A DNA stretch of 58,625 nucleotides, counting the filler, from Sphacelaria rigidula (Eukaryota): the NCBI GenBank assembly GCA_964200075.2. It is 7 parts of 7 records of this genome, joined end to end, with 100 filler letters (N's around TTAATTAATTAA, not from the genome) between each part and the next. Parts side by side here need not be neighbours in the genome. Positions count along the whole stretch, not along the records: positions 16,781 to 25,069 come from CAXNAA020011640.1; positions 25,170 to 33,458 come from CAXNAA020011641.1; positions 33,559 to 41,847 come from CAXNAA020011642.1; 4 more parts are not named here. One strand, given 5' to 3'. Both the position numbers and the translations under genes were made by a program. This document shows positions 23,311-36,600 of this stretch, one piece after another. The notes beneath the pieces were generated by a model. The model did not search any database, had not been told where the DNA came from, and worked only from the letters and a program-made list of their open reading frames with translations. How positions within the stretch are numbered: the stretch's first letter is position 1; every line of letters begins with the position of its first letter.

Positions 23311-25169
23311 GCGGCACTTGACTCCTATCTTACAGACCAGCACGCCAGATAACACCTGTTCACAGGACCATGCAAACTCCATCCAACTCATTCTCAGCTA
23401 CCATCGCAATCCTGCAGCACAGCGCACGAGTTGAGCCCAGGGATAGATACACTGCAGTACAGTAGTTGGTTGTGCTTTGTTTATTTTTTTTGGCGAAAGG
23501 TTAAACATGCATCTTCTCTCATGGTAGGGATCAGCGACGGAACTGCGTGGTACGGTGCGCAACCGAGTTGCGTGCACGCTTATGGACAGTGCAGGCAGCA
23601 CAAAGCTGCACGTTGCTGAAGTCCTCTCCACGTCGCATTGTAAGAAGAGAGAACTAATAGTCCTGGGTTGTATGCACTGCACGTTGCCCGCTTCTCTTCT
23701 ATAACCTCCTGAACGAAACACGCACACATACACCCAAGACACTGCTTGCAAGCAATGCAGACAGTACAGACAGATACAATAAAGCCCGGCTCCAAAATTC
23801 ACCAAACCCCGAACGCTGGGGAATCAAATTTTAGGAACACAGAAAGGCCTGCAAACAAGTAACAACAAACACATCGCCTATGATTGTTGTTGTTTGAAAT
23901 CAAATTGATATGACGCACGCATATGTGGCGCTTACACGATCTAGACGCCTATGGTGTGATAATATATATATATATATATATGTAATCGCGTTACCGTTTG
24001 AACGTCATGTGTTGCACAGAAACAATAAAGGCTGCGATTGCCAAAAAATAGGCAACCCAGAGAGAGACGAAGAAAAAACAAGAAAACTGCGACAACAAAA
24101 TTCACCGAACTCCAAGAAATCGTTCTGCAGTCTGGTGTCACCTGTGTTCATCGCGTGTATGTATGTATACGTGAAATTTCCGTTTTTCAAAATCAAAGTG
24201 TCGGATCCACCATCAGGGCTCCGCGTATTGCCTATTACGCGCACACTTTCAGGCACTGAAGGCACTGACTGCTTGGGTCGAAGGTAGAATCTCGCCCTCG
24301 TCGAACGTGAATGATGATGGAAAAGCATTGCACTATCTCGCCAAGCTTTCGAAAGTGAAAAATGTCGAAGGGTAAAGTAGAGCTGAAGGGTTTTGTGAAG
24401 TGTACTGTTTTAAGAGTCGATCTAATTGACCCGCTTGCACGGGAGCGTTCACACGTAGTCTTAGTTAGACATATCAGAGGCTGATGCCACACATGCCAGC
24501 GCAAGCAGGTACAAGGTAAGAACGGTCCGAAAGGACCAGATTACCGAGGACCCTGTAATGCCAACGATACTAGACAACTTGGGGTTATGCCAGGAAAAGA
24601 CTGATATCAGGACGGATCAAAATCCCCCGAGGAACTGGTCACCCCCAGGCGACCACTTCTCGTCTGACTCTTCTTGCCTACATATGCAAGATGAAAATCG
24701 TCGCCAGCCTTGGAGTTCATTCGGCATCAGGACGGCAGTCTCCATGAAGGTCTCTGACTACTCTAGCGATACGCCCTCCTCACATTGGCGGCACCAGAGC
24801 AGAACTCAGACACGACAGCCCTCAGAAGCAAAACAATAGTGAGAGGATCGACTGCTGCCTGTCACCGGAAACACGAGGGCCCTCCAAGAAACGCTACTTC
24901 AGGTGAAACGGATGGTCACACATGAGCCTTTTGCACGTCCGGAAAGAAACAGTACGTTGTCAACTCGGCGTTTTTCCTACCTAGAATAATCTTCATCATC
25001 TTACCTAGTGTGTGTGTGCTGTTGTGTGTTGTCGTTCCATTTTTTCTGGACGCCAGTCTACCCCTTTCGNNNNNNNNNNNNNNNNNNNNNNNNNNNNNNN
25101 NNNNNNNNNNNNNTTAATTAATTAANNNNNNNNNNNNNNNNNNNNNNNNNNNNNNNNNNNNNNNNNNNN

Positions 25170-26243
25170 CCGTGGCTACCGCCGCTCCAGGATCAGGCCC
25201 ATCCGAATCGTCCTCATCTTGATCTCGGCTATCATTTTCGTTCATTCCTTCGATGTCGTCCTCCTCTTCGTACTCCTCCTCGCCCTCGTCCTCCTCTTCT
25301 TCCTTCTCCATCGCTTCCTCTCCCACAGCTTCTTCCCCGACAACTTCTTCCTCCACTGCTTGCACCTGCTTCTCCCTTCTCTCGTTGCCATCCTCGTCAT
25401 CGTCGTCGTCATCGTCCTCCTTCTCGTCGTCGTCGTCGTCCTCCCCGTCTTCCTCTCCCTCGTCGTCTTCCTCTTCCTCCTCTTCCTCTTCTTCTCCGCC
25501 TTCGCTCTGTTCTGGCACCGTATCTTCTGTTGGTGGTTGTCCCGTGGCTACCGCCGCTCCAGGATCAGGCCCATCCGAGTCGTCCTCATCTTGATCTCGG
25601 CTATCATTTTCGTTCATTCCTTCGGTGTCGTCCTCTTCTTCCTTCTCCATCGCTTCCTCTCCCACAGCTTCTTCCCCGACCACTTCTTCCTCCACTGCTT
25701 GCACCTGCTTCTCCCTTTTCTCCTTGTCATCCTCGTCGTCATCGTCGTCAACGTCGTCCTCCTTCTCGTCGTCGTCGTCGTCCTCCCCGTCTTCCGCTTC
25801 CACGTCGTCTTCCTCTTCCTCCTCTTCCTCTTCTTCTCCGCCTTCGCTCTGTTCTGGCACAGTATCTTCTGTTGGTGGTTGTCCCGTGGCTACCGCCGCT
25901 CCAGGATCAGGCCCATCCGAATCGTCCTCATCTTGATCTCGGCTATCATTTTCGTTCATTCCTTCGATGTCGTCCTCCTCTTCGTACTCCTCCTCGCCCT
26001 CGTCCTCCTCCTCTTCCTTCTCCATCGCTTCCTCTCCCACAGCTTCTTCCCCGACCACTTCTTCCTCCACTGCTTGCACCTGCTTCTCCCTTCTCTCGTT
26101 GTCGTCCTCGTCGTCATCGTCGTCATCGTCGTCCTCCTTCTCGTCGTCGTCGTCGTCCTCCCCGTCTTCCTCTCCCTCGTCGTCTTCCTCTTCCTCCTCT
26201 TCCTCTTCTTCTCCGTCTTTGCTCTGTTCTGGCACAGTATCTT
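25170..26243 (-). repeat. Coding tandem repeat, ~342-372-bp unit (at least 3 copies), Glu/Asp-rich
   Basis: The unit marker CCGTGGCTACCGCCGCTCCAGGATCAGG occurs at 25170, 25542 and 25884; units are near-identical. Confidence 0.95.
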
Positions 26244-29200
26244 CTGTTGAAATTTTGCGGGGTATTGCACACAAGGTTAGACTATGGTCCCGTTCGCAAG
26301 TGACAACGTGAGTTTTCATCGATCATGACTTACTGAACAGAGGGTACACGATTGAAAAATTGTGGCACACACGCATCTTTCACACTTTTTTTCGTTTCTG
26401 AAGGACAGAATCACATCATCTGTCTTTGACAGGTTGTTCAGTCATAAACGACAAAATTAGGGAGAACGGGGGAAACATGTTTCGTGTAAATCTTTCCGTG
26501 AGAATTCTTCATTTCAATAGATACTCTGTGTCCCTTATGTTATGGTATCATACCACAGTGGCCGCACGTGGGAATGAGAGAAATGAACAAAATGACGAAA
26601 ATAACCCTGGTATGGCCAAAAGCATAAGAACCTCACTCGCAAGCAGGGAAACGAATTCTTTGTGCTTTACATGCCGTAAGTTCAGTGGAATGAGTATCAA
26701 AGGGCGACGACCAGGACTACAGCCATTTTGGTCTGCACAGCAGCGATTCGAAATCGAACCTACGACCGCGTGTCCGTGTGGTTGATGGCTGTGGCTTTGA
26801 GCAAGCCGATACCACATCTTCACTTGGTGACTGCACAAAATATTTTATCGAACAAAAAACAAGTACACCGTTCGGTTACCATCAGATAATATAGAAACAG
26901 GATTGCCAAACTTTTGTTGGAAACTCAGAATCTACAGAAATAGTAATGAATTGTGAAGTGAAAGTACTTGACATCGTTGGGTTACAGTAATAATCGTGAT
27001 CGTCGCCTGAGAGACCAGATGTCTGTCCTTGGAGGCAAGCCAATTGCAAAATAAGTCAAGCATTTTCACGTTGTACTTCTATTATTCGGGAGTACGTACT
27101 TAATGTGCTGACTTGCCGGCACTAAATCATGTGTGGATCAGCTAATGAGTTCATGCAACACCCAGAAGTGTACCTGTCAGACACGTTGCCGCCCTGCGCA
27201 TCAATTTGCCAGAGACTTCTGCTTCATGCAAAGCGTTGCAGCAGCATGCATCTGTGCGCATATCAAACATATGAAAATTCAGGTGGAATCTTCCAATATC
27301 CTCACCATTGGATTTGTTTGCAGGAGGCGTGATAGCAGGTGCGCCGCCGAAGCCTCCCGCCGGGAACGTGTTGGGCATCGGCCCTCGAGGGGGACCCGGA
27401 GACACCGTTGGCGATCCGCCAGGCGGATCGCTACCGAAGCCCCCCGCCGGGAACGCGCTGGGCATCGGCCCTCTAGGGGGAGCCGAAGTTGCAGCTGGCG
27501 GTTTACCAGGCGGGCCGCCACCAAAGCCCCCCGCCGGGAACGCGCTGGGCATCGGCCCTTGAGGGGGACCTGGAAATGCCGTTGGCGATCCGCCAGGCGG
27601 GCCGCCACCGAAGCCCCCCGCCGGGAACGCGCTGGGCATCGGCCCTCGAGGCGGACCTGGAGATACCGTTGGCGATCCGCCAGGGGGCCCCCCTGGCGGG
27701 CCGCCACCGAAGCCCCCCGCCGGGAACGCGCTGGGCATCGGCCCTCGAGGGGGACCCGGAGAAACCGTTGGGGATCCGCCAGGCGGGCCGCCACCGAAGC
27801 CTCCCGCCGGGAACGCGCTGGGCATCGGCCCTCGAGGGGGACCCGGAGACACCGTTGGCGATCCGCCAGGGGGGGGGCCTGGCGGGCCGCCACCGAAGCC
27901 ACCCGCCGGGAACGCGCTGGGCATCGGCCCTCGGGGAGGACCTGGATTCACCGTTGGCGATCCGCCAGGGGGGCCGCCACCGAAGCCCCCCGCCGGGAAA
28001 GAGCTGGGCATCGGCCCTCGAGGGGGACCTGGAGATACCGTTGGCAATCCGCCAGGCGGGCCGCCACCGAAGCCCCCGGTCGGGAACGCGCTGGGCATCG
28101 GCCCTCGAGGGGGACCTGGAGATACCGTTGGCGATCCGCCAGGCGGACTTCCTTTCGCCCTCCCACCACCGCCTCCACCAAAATCGTCCTCATCTTCCTC
28201 GTCTTCTTCGTCCTCCTCGTCAGCCTCATCGGAGTCGTCGCTATCGTCTTCATCGGAGTCGTCGCTATCGTCTTTCGCGTTGTTGCTCTTTGCAGCCTGT
28301 ACACAAGTGTTGTGCCGACGTGCGGTACATCAAATATACCCTGTGGCTGCTTGTATTCGTAGAAACGACTCAAGTACTGTAGTATTTCTCACTCGAACAT
28401 AAAGCTGGTGTTGACGCCTGCGGCATGTAATTTACGCACGGTGCGAGCTGTTTAAGGCATACCTTGGCACCAGTCCTGGGACGTTCAACGATCGCGGCAG
28501 GTGGGGAAGATCCAGATGGAGGTTTCGCCGCATATTTCCCCATGTTCACCTGCAGGGACCGCAGGGCAAGATTGGAACCTAGTTGCCCTCCCTCACTACG
28601 TGCGCCAGGTATCGCATTGTGGTACCACTTCGTGACAGACGGAAGAAGACTAGAGAATGCTTCTCAATAGCTGCAATTGCAGGCGTATTCGCGAATATAA
28701 TTCAACTATAACACGATATCATGTTTGCGATCGCAGCGGCAAGTAGCTCACTTTCTCTTCAACAATAGTGCATTATATGACTGTGTGCGACAGCAGCATG
28801 ACTGCCTCGCACACCGCGCGTCTAACGGGCTCTAGTATTGTCGGATTTGACAAATAGCGATGACTGCTCACGCACAAACTTTCAGACGGAGTGTGACACT
28901 CCGAGCAAGCCAGGACCGACTATCACAGAACAAGAATCTGATTTCGTGTCAATGTGGGTAGCGAGTCATCGACTGACAGTGATATCCGACCTGTGCTCCT
29001 CCGCGAGTGGGATCGTACATCCCTGCAGCCCCCGTTTTACTTAAGCGGTAAGCGTCCATCGCCCGGGAACCGGACGTTTTAAGGGCGCCCCCGCTTTCCT
29101 CGTCGGCCCCAAATGTCCCATCTTCCAGTTTTTTATAAATCTGGAACAAAGAGAGCCCCCAACAAGCACACCCCGGAAATCCAAATACAATGACAGTTAG

Positions 29201-29927
29201 TACATTGGGGAAGGCCGGCCGAAGTGTTGATAGCTTGGATTATGATGTTCAACGTAAACGAAAGGAAAGGAAGGTATTGCTCTCGGCTACAGTAAACACG
29301 CGGTATCCTCCTTGTCTGTAGATTTCCCCCCTTCCTACCACACGGCTTTTGAATGGTTTGAATCTCACGTTGCCACTGGCAATATCGTCGTAGCTCGATA
29401 GCGCCTTACTGTTGTCGACGCCTGATGCTGTTGGGGGTTTCCATCCGTCCAGGCGCTCATCTCCGCTGTCTAATTCACTCTCGCTGTCATCATCGTCCTT
29501 AAACATGTTCTTTGACACGTTACCCATACCATTCGACCTGAGGGCACATACGTGGTCTGTGTATGAGCTTGCGACCCTCGTTCCCCCACAGGGCAACGTG
29601 ACCGTACAGATATCGAGGTTGCCGGAATGACAACACACCACAGAAGGCGACCAAATCTCGGCGAAGAAAGACTCCCCAGAGAATCGCGCCTCTCTTTGAC
29701 GTAAAGTCCGCAACAAGGTGTCAGGCCGACCTTCTGCTCTGAGGCAATCGTCGTTTCGGGAGTCCAACGCAATGGGAAAGTTTGGTCCTACGCCTTCGGT
29801 GCGCTTACTTGTTCTTCGCCATTCTTCGGGCTTCCTTCGCAGCGGCAATAATGTCTTTCGTCCGGCGCTTGATAGCCTCCCTTCGGCAGTATAGAATAAC
29901 TTTCTTGCGTTCCGCGGCTAGAGTAGA
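25170..29927 (-). CDS. Multi-exon gene for a low-complexity protein with Pro/Gly-rich and acidic tandem repeats (partial)
   Basis: Phase-consistent GT-AG exons 29809-29927, 29339-29537, 28991-29140, 28463-28549, 27306-28296 and <25170-26243. Probable further coiled-coil exons lie upstream (~30163-30298, ~31800-32004, ~32260-32360, ~32680-32760). The 3' end is cut by the contig edge. Confidence 0.75.
27335..28146 (-). repeat. Coding minisatellite, 87/99-bp unit x9 (PGPPRGPMPSAFPAGGFGGGPPGGSPTVS)
   Basis: GGGCATCGGCC occurs at 27373, 27460, 27547, 27634, 27733, 27820, 27919, 28006 and 28093. Confidence 0.95.
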
Positions 29928-32900
29928 CTGCAGGTTTCGTGTTTGCCTGACGAAGACAAGTGTCACATTTCGTACAAATTATCATGTAGCGATGGCACGA
30001 ATGTGCCGATCAGGTGCAGATCTGGTTTTCTCAGGATGAACCCCCCGCCCCGTGCGCATTGGGTGTGCTCGTCGGTAGGTATTCCCGAATGTATCCGTAG
30101 TGTTTACCGGCCTACATTGGTCGTACTGCTGACGTCATTTCATGCAAAGATTGGAAACTCACAGTATGCCTTGCTGCTTCAGAAGGGCCATCTTCTCCTG
30201 ATGCGTGACCAGCAGGGCCTCAACAGTTTTCTGCTGTCGTTCGACCGTCTGCTCCAGGCGAGACTTTCCACCGCACCATGCGCTTGACAAAATAGATTCC
30301 TGACACGGAGTGGTAAGAAGGAAGATTGACGTAAGGGGCCGTGGACAAAATCCACATCGAAAATTATCGTTTTCAAGCCCATCCCGTGTTACAACTGCAA
30401 AAAGCGAACGAATTGTCCTTTCGCTTGAGGCCGTGGTCCAACCTCGACTCTTTTGCGCCAGTGGTCTTCCGCTCTAGCTTCAATGGCCGCGGCCATATTG
30501 TCGACTTCGTCGGCTTCCTGTAGTCGTCCAGAAGCACGCAAACGTTGGCCCTGAGAAGATGTTCAAACGACAGGGTCATGCCGAGTGGGGCAGCAGTAGA
30601 ACCCAAAGCCATGGTTTCAGAAAACCTCGTATATATCACGCCCGGCAGATCAGAAAATTCTGGGATATACGGTACTTCTACGAATTGACACCGATATTTC
30701 TATGATTCTGCAGCGCATGCTAACTACATCATCGACATGTTTTGCAAGCGTCTACTAGGTACGTCCACATTTGCAAGGACCCTACGTACAGGTAGTGTGT
30801 CGGCTGCGGGAGGAAACGGTTCTGTCACAATAACTGTGTGGATTTTCTGTCGACACCGACAGGCAACAGGGACAGCGCCGAACGTGGACACACCAACAAT
30901 TAACATTTTGTCTCTGGACTCACGTTTTGCCGCAGTCTGATGACGTCCTTGGTCGGTTTTCGGGTGTTGTACGATGCGCTCCTGTTATGCCGACACTTGT
31001 ATGCGTCAGTGCAGGCACAGCTCGATACACCCCCCGTCGCCCTTGTTGCGGTCTCACTGATCTGAGGAGAGGAGTCGGGCGATTGGAACTTGCTGCTTGC
31101 TGTGCGTGGTATGACGTATTGTGGTCGCCGCTGTTTGGCGCCCAACCAGCACTAAGTAGCGCGCACATTATGTCCAGAACAACGTGATGTGGGCTTACGA
31201 AGGGTACCAACTGGCCGTGCATTCTACGTCAGATGGGCACAAATGCAACATCATGTGGACAAAGAACGACAGGACAAAGTGGAAGCTACACTATGCATGA
31301 CCATAATGAAAACCTGTATAAGCATGTAGGCCGAAGATGAATGTGTTGCAGGAAATGGTTCCGCCAGTTGCATGAGGAAACGGCCCCGAGACGCTTTCAC
31401 CTGTACAGACGAATCTCTGGTGACCTAATTAGCCAACGAGGTCCTACGGAAGAAAAATTTCAAGAGAATAGAGCCATCAGAGGAACCCAGGAGGACACCT
31501 CAGTACAAGTTCTGTCCACTGCACATCACCCCAGGCTCACGACCAACCCCTGTTCTAATAATAAAGATAAAAAATACGCCTCGTTTGGGGATTCTTGGGC
31601 AACAGGGGTAGGGCAGCGACCTTCTTCAGGAGGAACACGACATCACCCTCTTCGGCCGGAGTACAAAGTCGCACCGTACGACCCCAGTGAAACCCTATTG
31701 ACGTCCAAGTGTTACATCACATCCTTTACAATATGACACAAAAGCTTTATTGTTACAGGGTGAAACTCTTTTTCAGCGATGAAAGTAGCATATGGTGGAT
31801 GCGTACCAAGATGTCGTACTCCGTTTTTTGCTTGACCTTCAGCTCTTCGAGTTCGGCCGCGCACTTCTCTTTCAGGGCGCGTATCCTAGCGATCTGCGCC
31901 GCGTCCATCGCTTCGCCCCGGCGTGTATGGGAAACTCGCAGGCCAGCCATTTTCTGGTCCAGGACTTTAGCATCTTGCTCATCTCGTTCCTGTGCACGGT
32001 ACATGGTGAACGGACGATGTCGGAGAGTGGTTTCTCAATCCCAACGTCGAAACGTCAGAGTTTACATCAGATCCAACGTCCTCTCAAATCGCACTATGAA
32101 GATGCTTCGAGTGGTTTCAGCTCCTGCCCCCGGTTCTCTTTCCACCAACAGCTTCAATGAACAGTGACATTTGTTTTTGCTATTGTTATACCAAATGACC
32201 TACGCGGTTGTAGACCTTAGCGGGCGTCTCAACGGTTACAATTGCGACTGCACCTTCTTCAGCCGCGTTCTCTCGGCCTCAATCATTCTATCTAGCTCCT
32301 CCGCTTTATCTACAAAGCCCATTCGAGCCATTGCGGCTCGCTCCACGTGTAGCTCCTGCCCACACCGGGGGATCGCACGCCACGATGAAGATGGCGTGAG
32401 TTATCAGGTTACGCTACGCTACTCGCGAGAGTACTGCAATGCAACGCCCCGGTTCGAGTTCGCTTGTCCCCACTTCCTCTACGCTTGACTGATGTTCAAA
32501 TCACTCTTGCTCGATAGTCACAAGAGAAAGAACGCCATGGTGGAATATCCCGCGGTGAAATATCTCATCCACGCTTGGCTATACGCAGTCTCGACGACGA
32601 TGATACTGAGTGGGCAATCGCCTTCCGCCTTCAGACAACCCAACGTTTCATTCCGTTTTTCTGCCGGCGTACTGATGAACCTGCAAATCCATCGCAGCGA
32701 GAATTTCCTTCCTGGATTTGCGTTTTTTTGCCTTCCCTAGTCGCTCGTTGCGGGCCATGACGATCTGCTTGTTCTTGACAACAGCATTGATAATGCAGTT
32801 TCTGTGTCGTGTGCAAAGGACAAACGTTTGCGGATAAGCATGGCAAGAGAGAACAGACTTCGTGATTGACGTGGAACCGAAGACAAGGCACCAATATAAC

Positions 32901-33088
32901 CGCCGACATTGACGGCAAGGATGCGACTAGACCTGCATCTCGCTTTTACCCGTAACCTCCCGAGCTCGGACAAGATACACCCAACCGCAGGCACAAGGTG
33001 CGAGTAAATCTGCATCGCCGCAGACGTGCAAACTTCAGTTTTTCAAATCTCACGTCGAGCTCGTACCACGTGTTTTATCAGTATAAAG

Positions 33089-33458
33089 TACGAGCTGTGC
33101 CAGCCGAGAAGCGATTCTGCAGTTTGCAGGCCCATTATACGACCAATACTTGGAGCTGGACCCTGAGATTTGGTATGGACAATGAGTAGTGCATAATTAA
33201 AAAAATTACTGGCGTGCACAAGTTTTTTTTTTTCATGAGTTGGGGGCATTTCACCGATGTCTGAAAACTGATTATTGCCCTTAACTCCTGAAAAAAAAAC
33301 CTTGCGTACGCCAGTATCTTTTTTTATTATGCCCTACTCATCAGCCACACCAAATCTCAGGGTCCAGCTCCAAGCATTGGCCGTATAATGGGCCGTTTAG
33401 TGACAGGGTCAGAAGAAATTCGGAACAGTATTTCGCAGGCCATTTACCGGCCCACGTT
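33089..33458 (+). mobile_element. Non-autonomous dispersed element with a ~120-bp-stem internal hairpin (copy 1)
   Basis: Arms 33129-33248 and 33276-33394 are reverse complements. The flank TACGAGCTG...AGTTTGCAGGCCC is shared with the 41468 and 50570 copies. Confidence 0.7.
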
Positions 33459-33558
33459 NNNNNNNNNNNNNNNNNNNNNNNNNNNNNNNNNNNNNNNNNN
33501 NNTTAATTAATTAANNNNNNNNNNNNNNNNNNNNNNNNNNNNNNNNNNNNNNNNNNNN

Positions 33559-33636
33559 TTATTATTGTTATTGTTATTGTTATTGTTATTGTTATTGTTA
33601 TTGTTATTGTTATTGTTATTGTTATTATTATTATTA
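33559..33636 (+). repeat. (TTATTG)n microsatellite
   Basis: About 10 hexamer units grading into (TTA)n; intronic. Confidence 0.95.
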
Positions 33637-33637
33637 C

Positions 33638-36600
33638 CTCCGCAAAAGCTCTAGGTACGTCCGATGTGGTTTCGGTGTGCCACCCTTGTCCGCAGTTGCA
33701 ATGGTTGAAACAATGAATCGTACACCAGCAGGAAGCTCTGTGGGTAGCCAATGAAGAGCTCCTGCAGGCATTTCCATTCCCTGCGAAAACAAACGCAACC
33801 AACGCAGAGTTTTGGATTGGAGCGCCACGCTGCGAGAAAAATGCTTTCGTACCCGCCTCGAGTATGCAGTTATAAGTAGGATCTCTTGGCTCGCCAGGCG
33901 TTACGTCATGTCCAATCGCCAGACAACGATGTCGAACGAGGTGTCGATTGCGGACAATATCAATTTCGGGCAATTCAGTGGAAGCCTGTGCCACGATGAT
34001 GCAGCTGGGCAAGTCTGCACTCAATACATGTTTCGATGTAAACACAAGGAGACACAAATTGCGTCGGCATAAAGCTGCGACGATCAATTGTGTTTTCACA
34101 GCAAATACAAGGTCGGCCTGCACTAAAGCAGGCCATCTCAAGACTCAAGACATCTTAATCCGTAGTCGTACCGAGGCGACTAGCTGCAGATGCACGTTAG
34201 GAGTGGTAGTGTAGTGTAGTGTAGTGTAGCATGAAACCCACCTTGATGGCAAAAACGCCGTCCACCACGATGACAATGCGAGCAGGAAAGTACTTCTTCG
34301 CAGCAGCCGCCAGAAATCTATTGAGGGACCAAATCAATCTGGCAGTCAAAGTTTACGGTGACAGCAATAGGCAACAGTAGTCCACGAATGAAACATCGCG
34401 CAGCACATCAATTTGATATTGATTGATTGATGAACTGATTGTCGCACTTTAACTGACTCCCAGGGAACCAGCCGTGGTCACATGATCAACGTACCCGTAC
34501 CGGAGATAAGAACAAAAGGGAAACAATCGCTGAACAAAAGTGAAGAAAAAAAGGGAGAAAAAAAGAAGAAAAAAAAAGATAAAGATATGAGTCCAAATTG
34601 GGGGTGGGAAAGGGGATGCTCCAAGCGAAAGTATTCAAGGTGCCAGACGTGGTAACACCAGACACTGAAAGTTGGTTCACAAGCCAGCAATATGTTGCTG
34701 AACTCGCAGCAAGGATATACATACAGTACAGTACACTGTTTTCGGGAAGTATCTGCGAGTCTTCAATACAGTGGGGTAGCTGCCTGCGAGTCAACTAGGA
34801 GAGTAGAAAAAGAGGGAATTTTAGTGTACTTCCTCAGTGAATCCATGGGCTGTCTACCTACGTAAGAAATACTTGAGTTTCGAAAATAAATACCGTCAGC
34901 TAGCTACACATGATGGTTGTACATGCTATTGAGCACGATCGCTACAATTCTTCTTGTACTGATTATTCGCGAAATCAGTCGCTTGTGGGGTGTGCTTCCG
35001 AAACCGCAGAAGATATCAACATCACTATCGATAATCTGTGCGCGCATCTTTCGCGACAAAGGCGACCAACACGTTTGATACATTTTACGAGGAGGAGCTT
35101 GCTCAAAGCTGAAATCAATACATACGCAATCACAGATATGTAGATATGTGCGGGTGTGTGTGTAAGCGACTGTGGCCCGGGTCTAACTGTTCCTGTCCAT
35201 CTTCTTACAGCTCATCTGCAAACCGGTTGGGGAAGACTGGAGGCTTCGACTCAGCCCCAGCAGCTCGTTTTTTTTTTCTTCTGGAGTACAAGTACCTATC
35301 TGACTTCCGTCCTTGACAACGTGTGGGCGTAAACATCAAAGGACCAAAGAACCACTGACGACAATCGAAGCAGTACGGGAGAGCTGATCATGATCCAATC
35401 CACGATGCGACTTCCATCATCGACACTACCCTGGGACACCACATACGGCCTGGTGGCGATGGTGGCGATTTGGCGAAAAAACGAAGATACTCGAATTCTT
35501 GCCCGGCTGAGTTGACATCAAGGCGGCAACAAGATAACGATACCTGTCTCGGCTTTCAACTCACCGCTTTTCGAAAGTTGCCGGCAAAGCGAACATTGGA
35601 TAAAATGTCTAGCATCTTGTGTGGGGTTCTCATGGTCTTGGAAATCTATGTACAATACCCACATACCTTGGATTGTTCACTCGAGCTTTGAGAGCTATTT
35701 TAGTACCTCGACATTAATGTAATGTGAGGAGACAAGTGCATCAACCATTCGAAGCATCATTAGGGCCGTTTACATATATACATCTATACATTTGCACGTA
35801 TTTTCTCGGAGATAAGAGCAGATCTTCATTTTGGAACTTCACTCGAACGGACTGACCTATGAGAAAATGGAAGCACCCGAAACGATGGCCTTCGAATCGT
35901 CGATGCGCTCCTCTCCTTAAAATTCTAGGTCCTACCGTAACTCTAAACCCAACTGAACAATCACTAGGCTCAATTTTTTTGGCTCTAGTAGTGAGCCCAG
36001 CCTGTACAGGATGAAAAATAATGATTGTGCTGTCAATTCTTCTCAAGGCACTCTCAACCCCTTCCTCTCCTCGGAACAAGTCCGTCGTCTAATGCTCTAA
36101 TGACCTACCAGCCTCAAGAGTTCAATCGACCCACCTCTCCACCGGAACAAGCGTTGCATTGCGGAATGAATCAGCATCAGCACCCTCGCACCGTATCCAC
36201 TGTCGACTGTCCACTCTTGTCAATTAACACATATTTTTGCTGTCACGTTCTCACTCGTGTTTTCAATGGCGGGAATCAGATATCAGATACTCATCATACT
36301 CATCATGAGACAGGACCCAACTGCATCTGCCACGAGTCGAATCGAATTATTTTAGCATTTTCCCACCTGATGCTTTTAGTCGTACCGTACCGTACCGTAC
36401 AAGTGGACCACCGTGCCCGGTGGCTGGCATTTGCATCTGCATCTGCATCTGTATACTCGTAATGAGAAAGTGACTTCGGTGAGAGTCAGAGGACAAGAGA
36501 AGGCAATCGACTTGTCCGGAGCATTCAGCGAGTACAGTACACCTTGTTCAGTACTTGTGTTCGATGCCGTGAGCATGCAATTTCAGTGAGCAGAAACAGT

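Noticed and set aside
25219..28382. Long plus-strand ORFs (hydrophobic 343 aa, Arg-rich 409 aa and others)
   Set aside because: Antisense or alternate-frame shadows of the minus-strand coding repeats; splice phases support only the minus frame.
32760..33780. NACHT gene continuing into the repeat-protein gene across the gap
   Set aside because: Separated by an artificial linker between size-sorted contigs, so adjacency carries no information.
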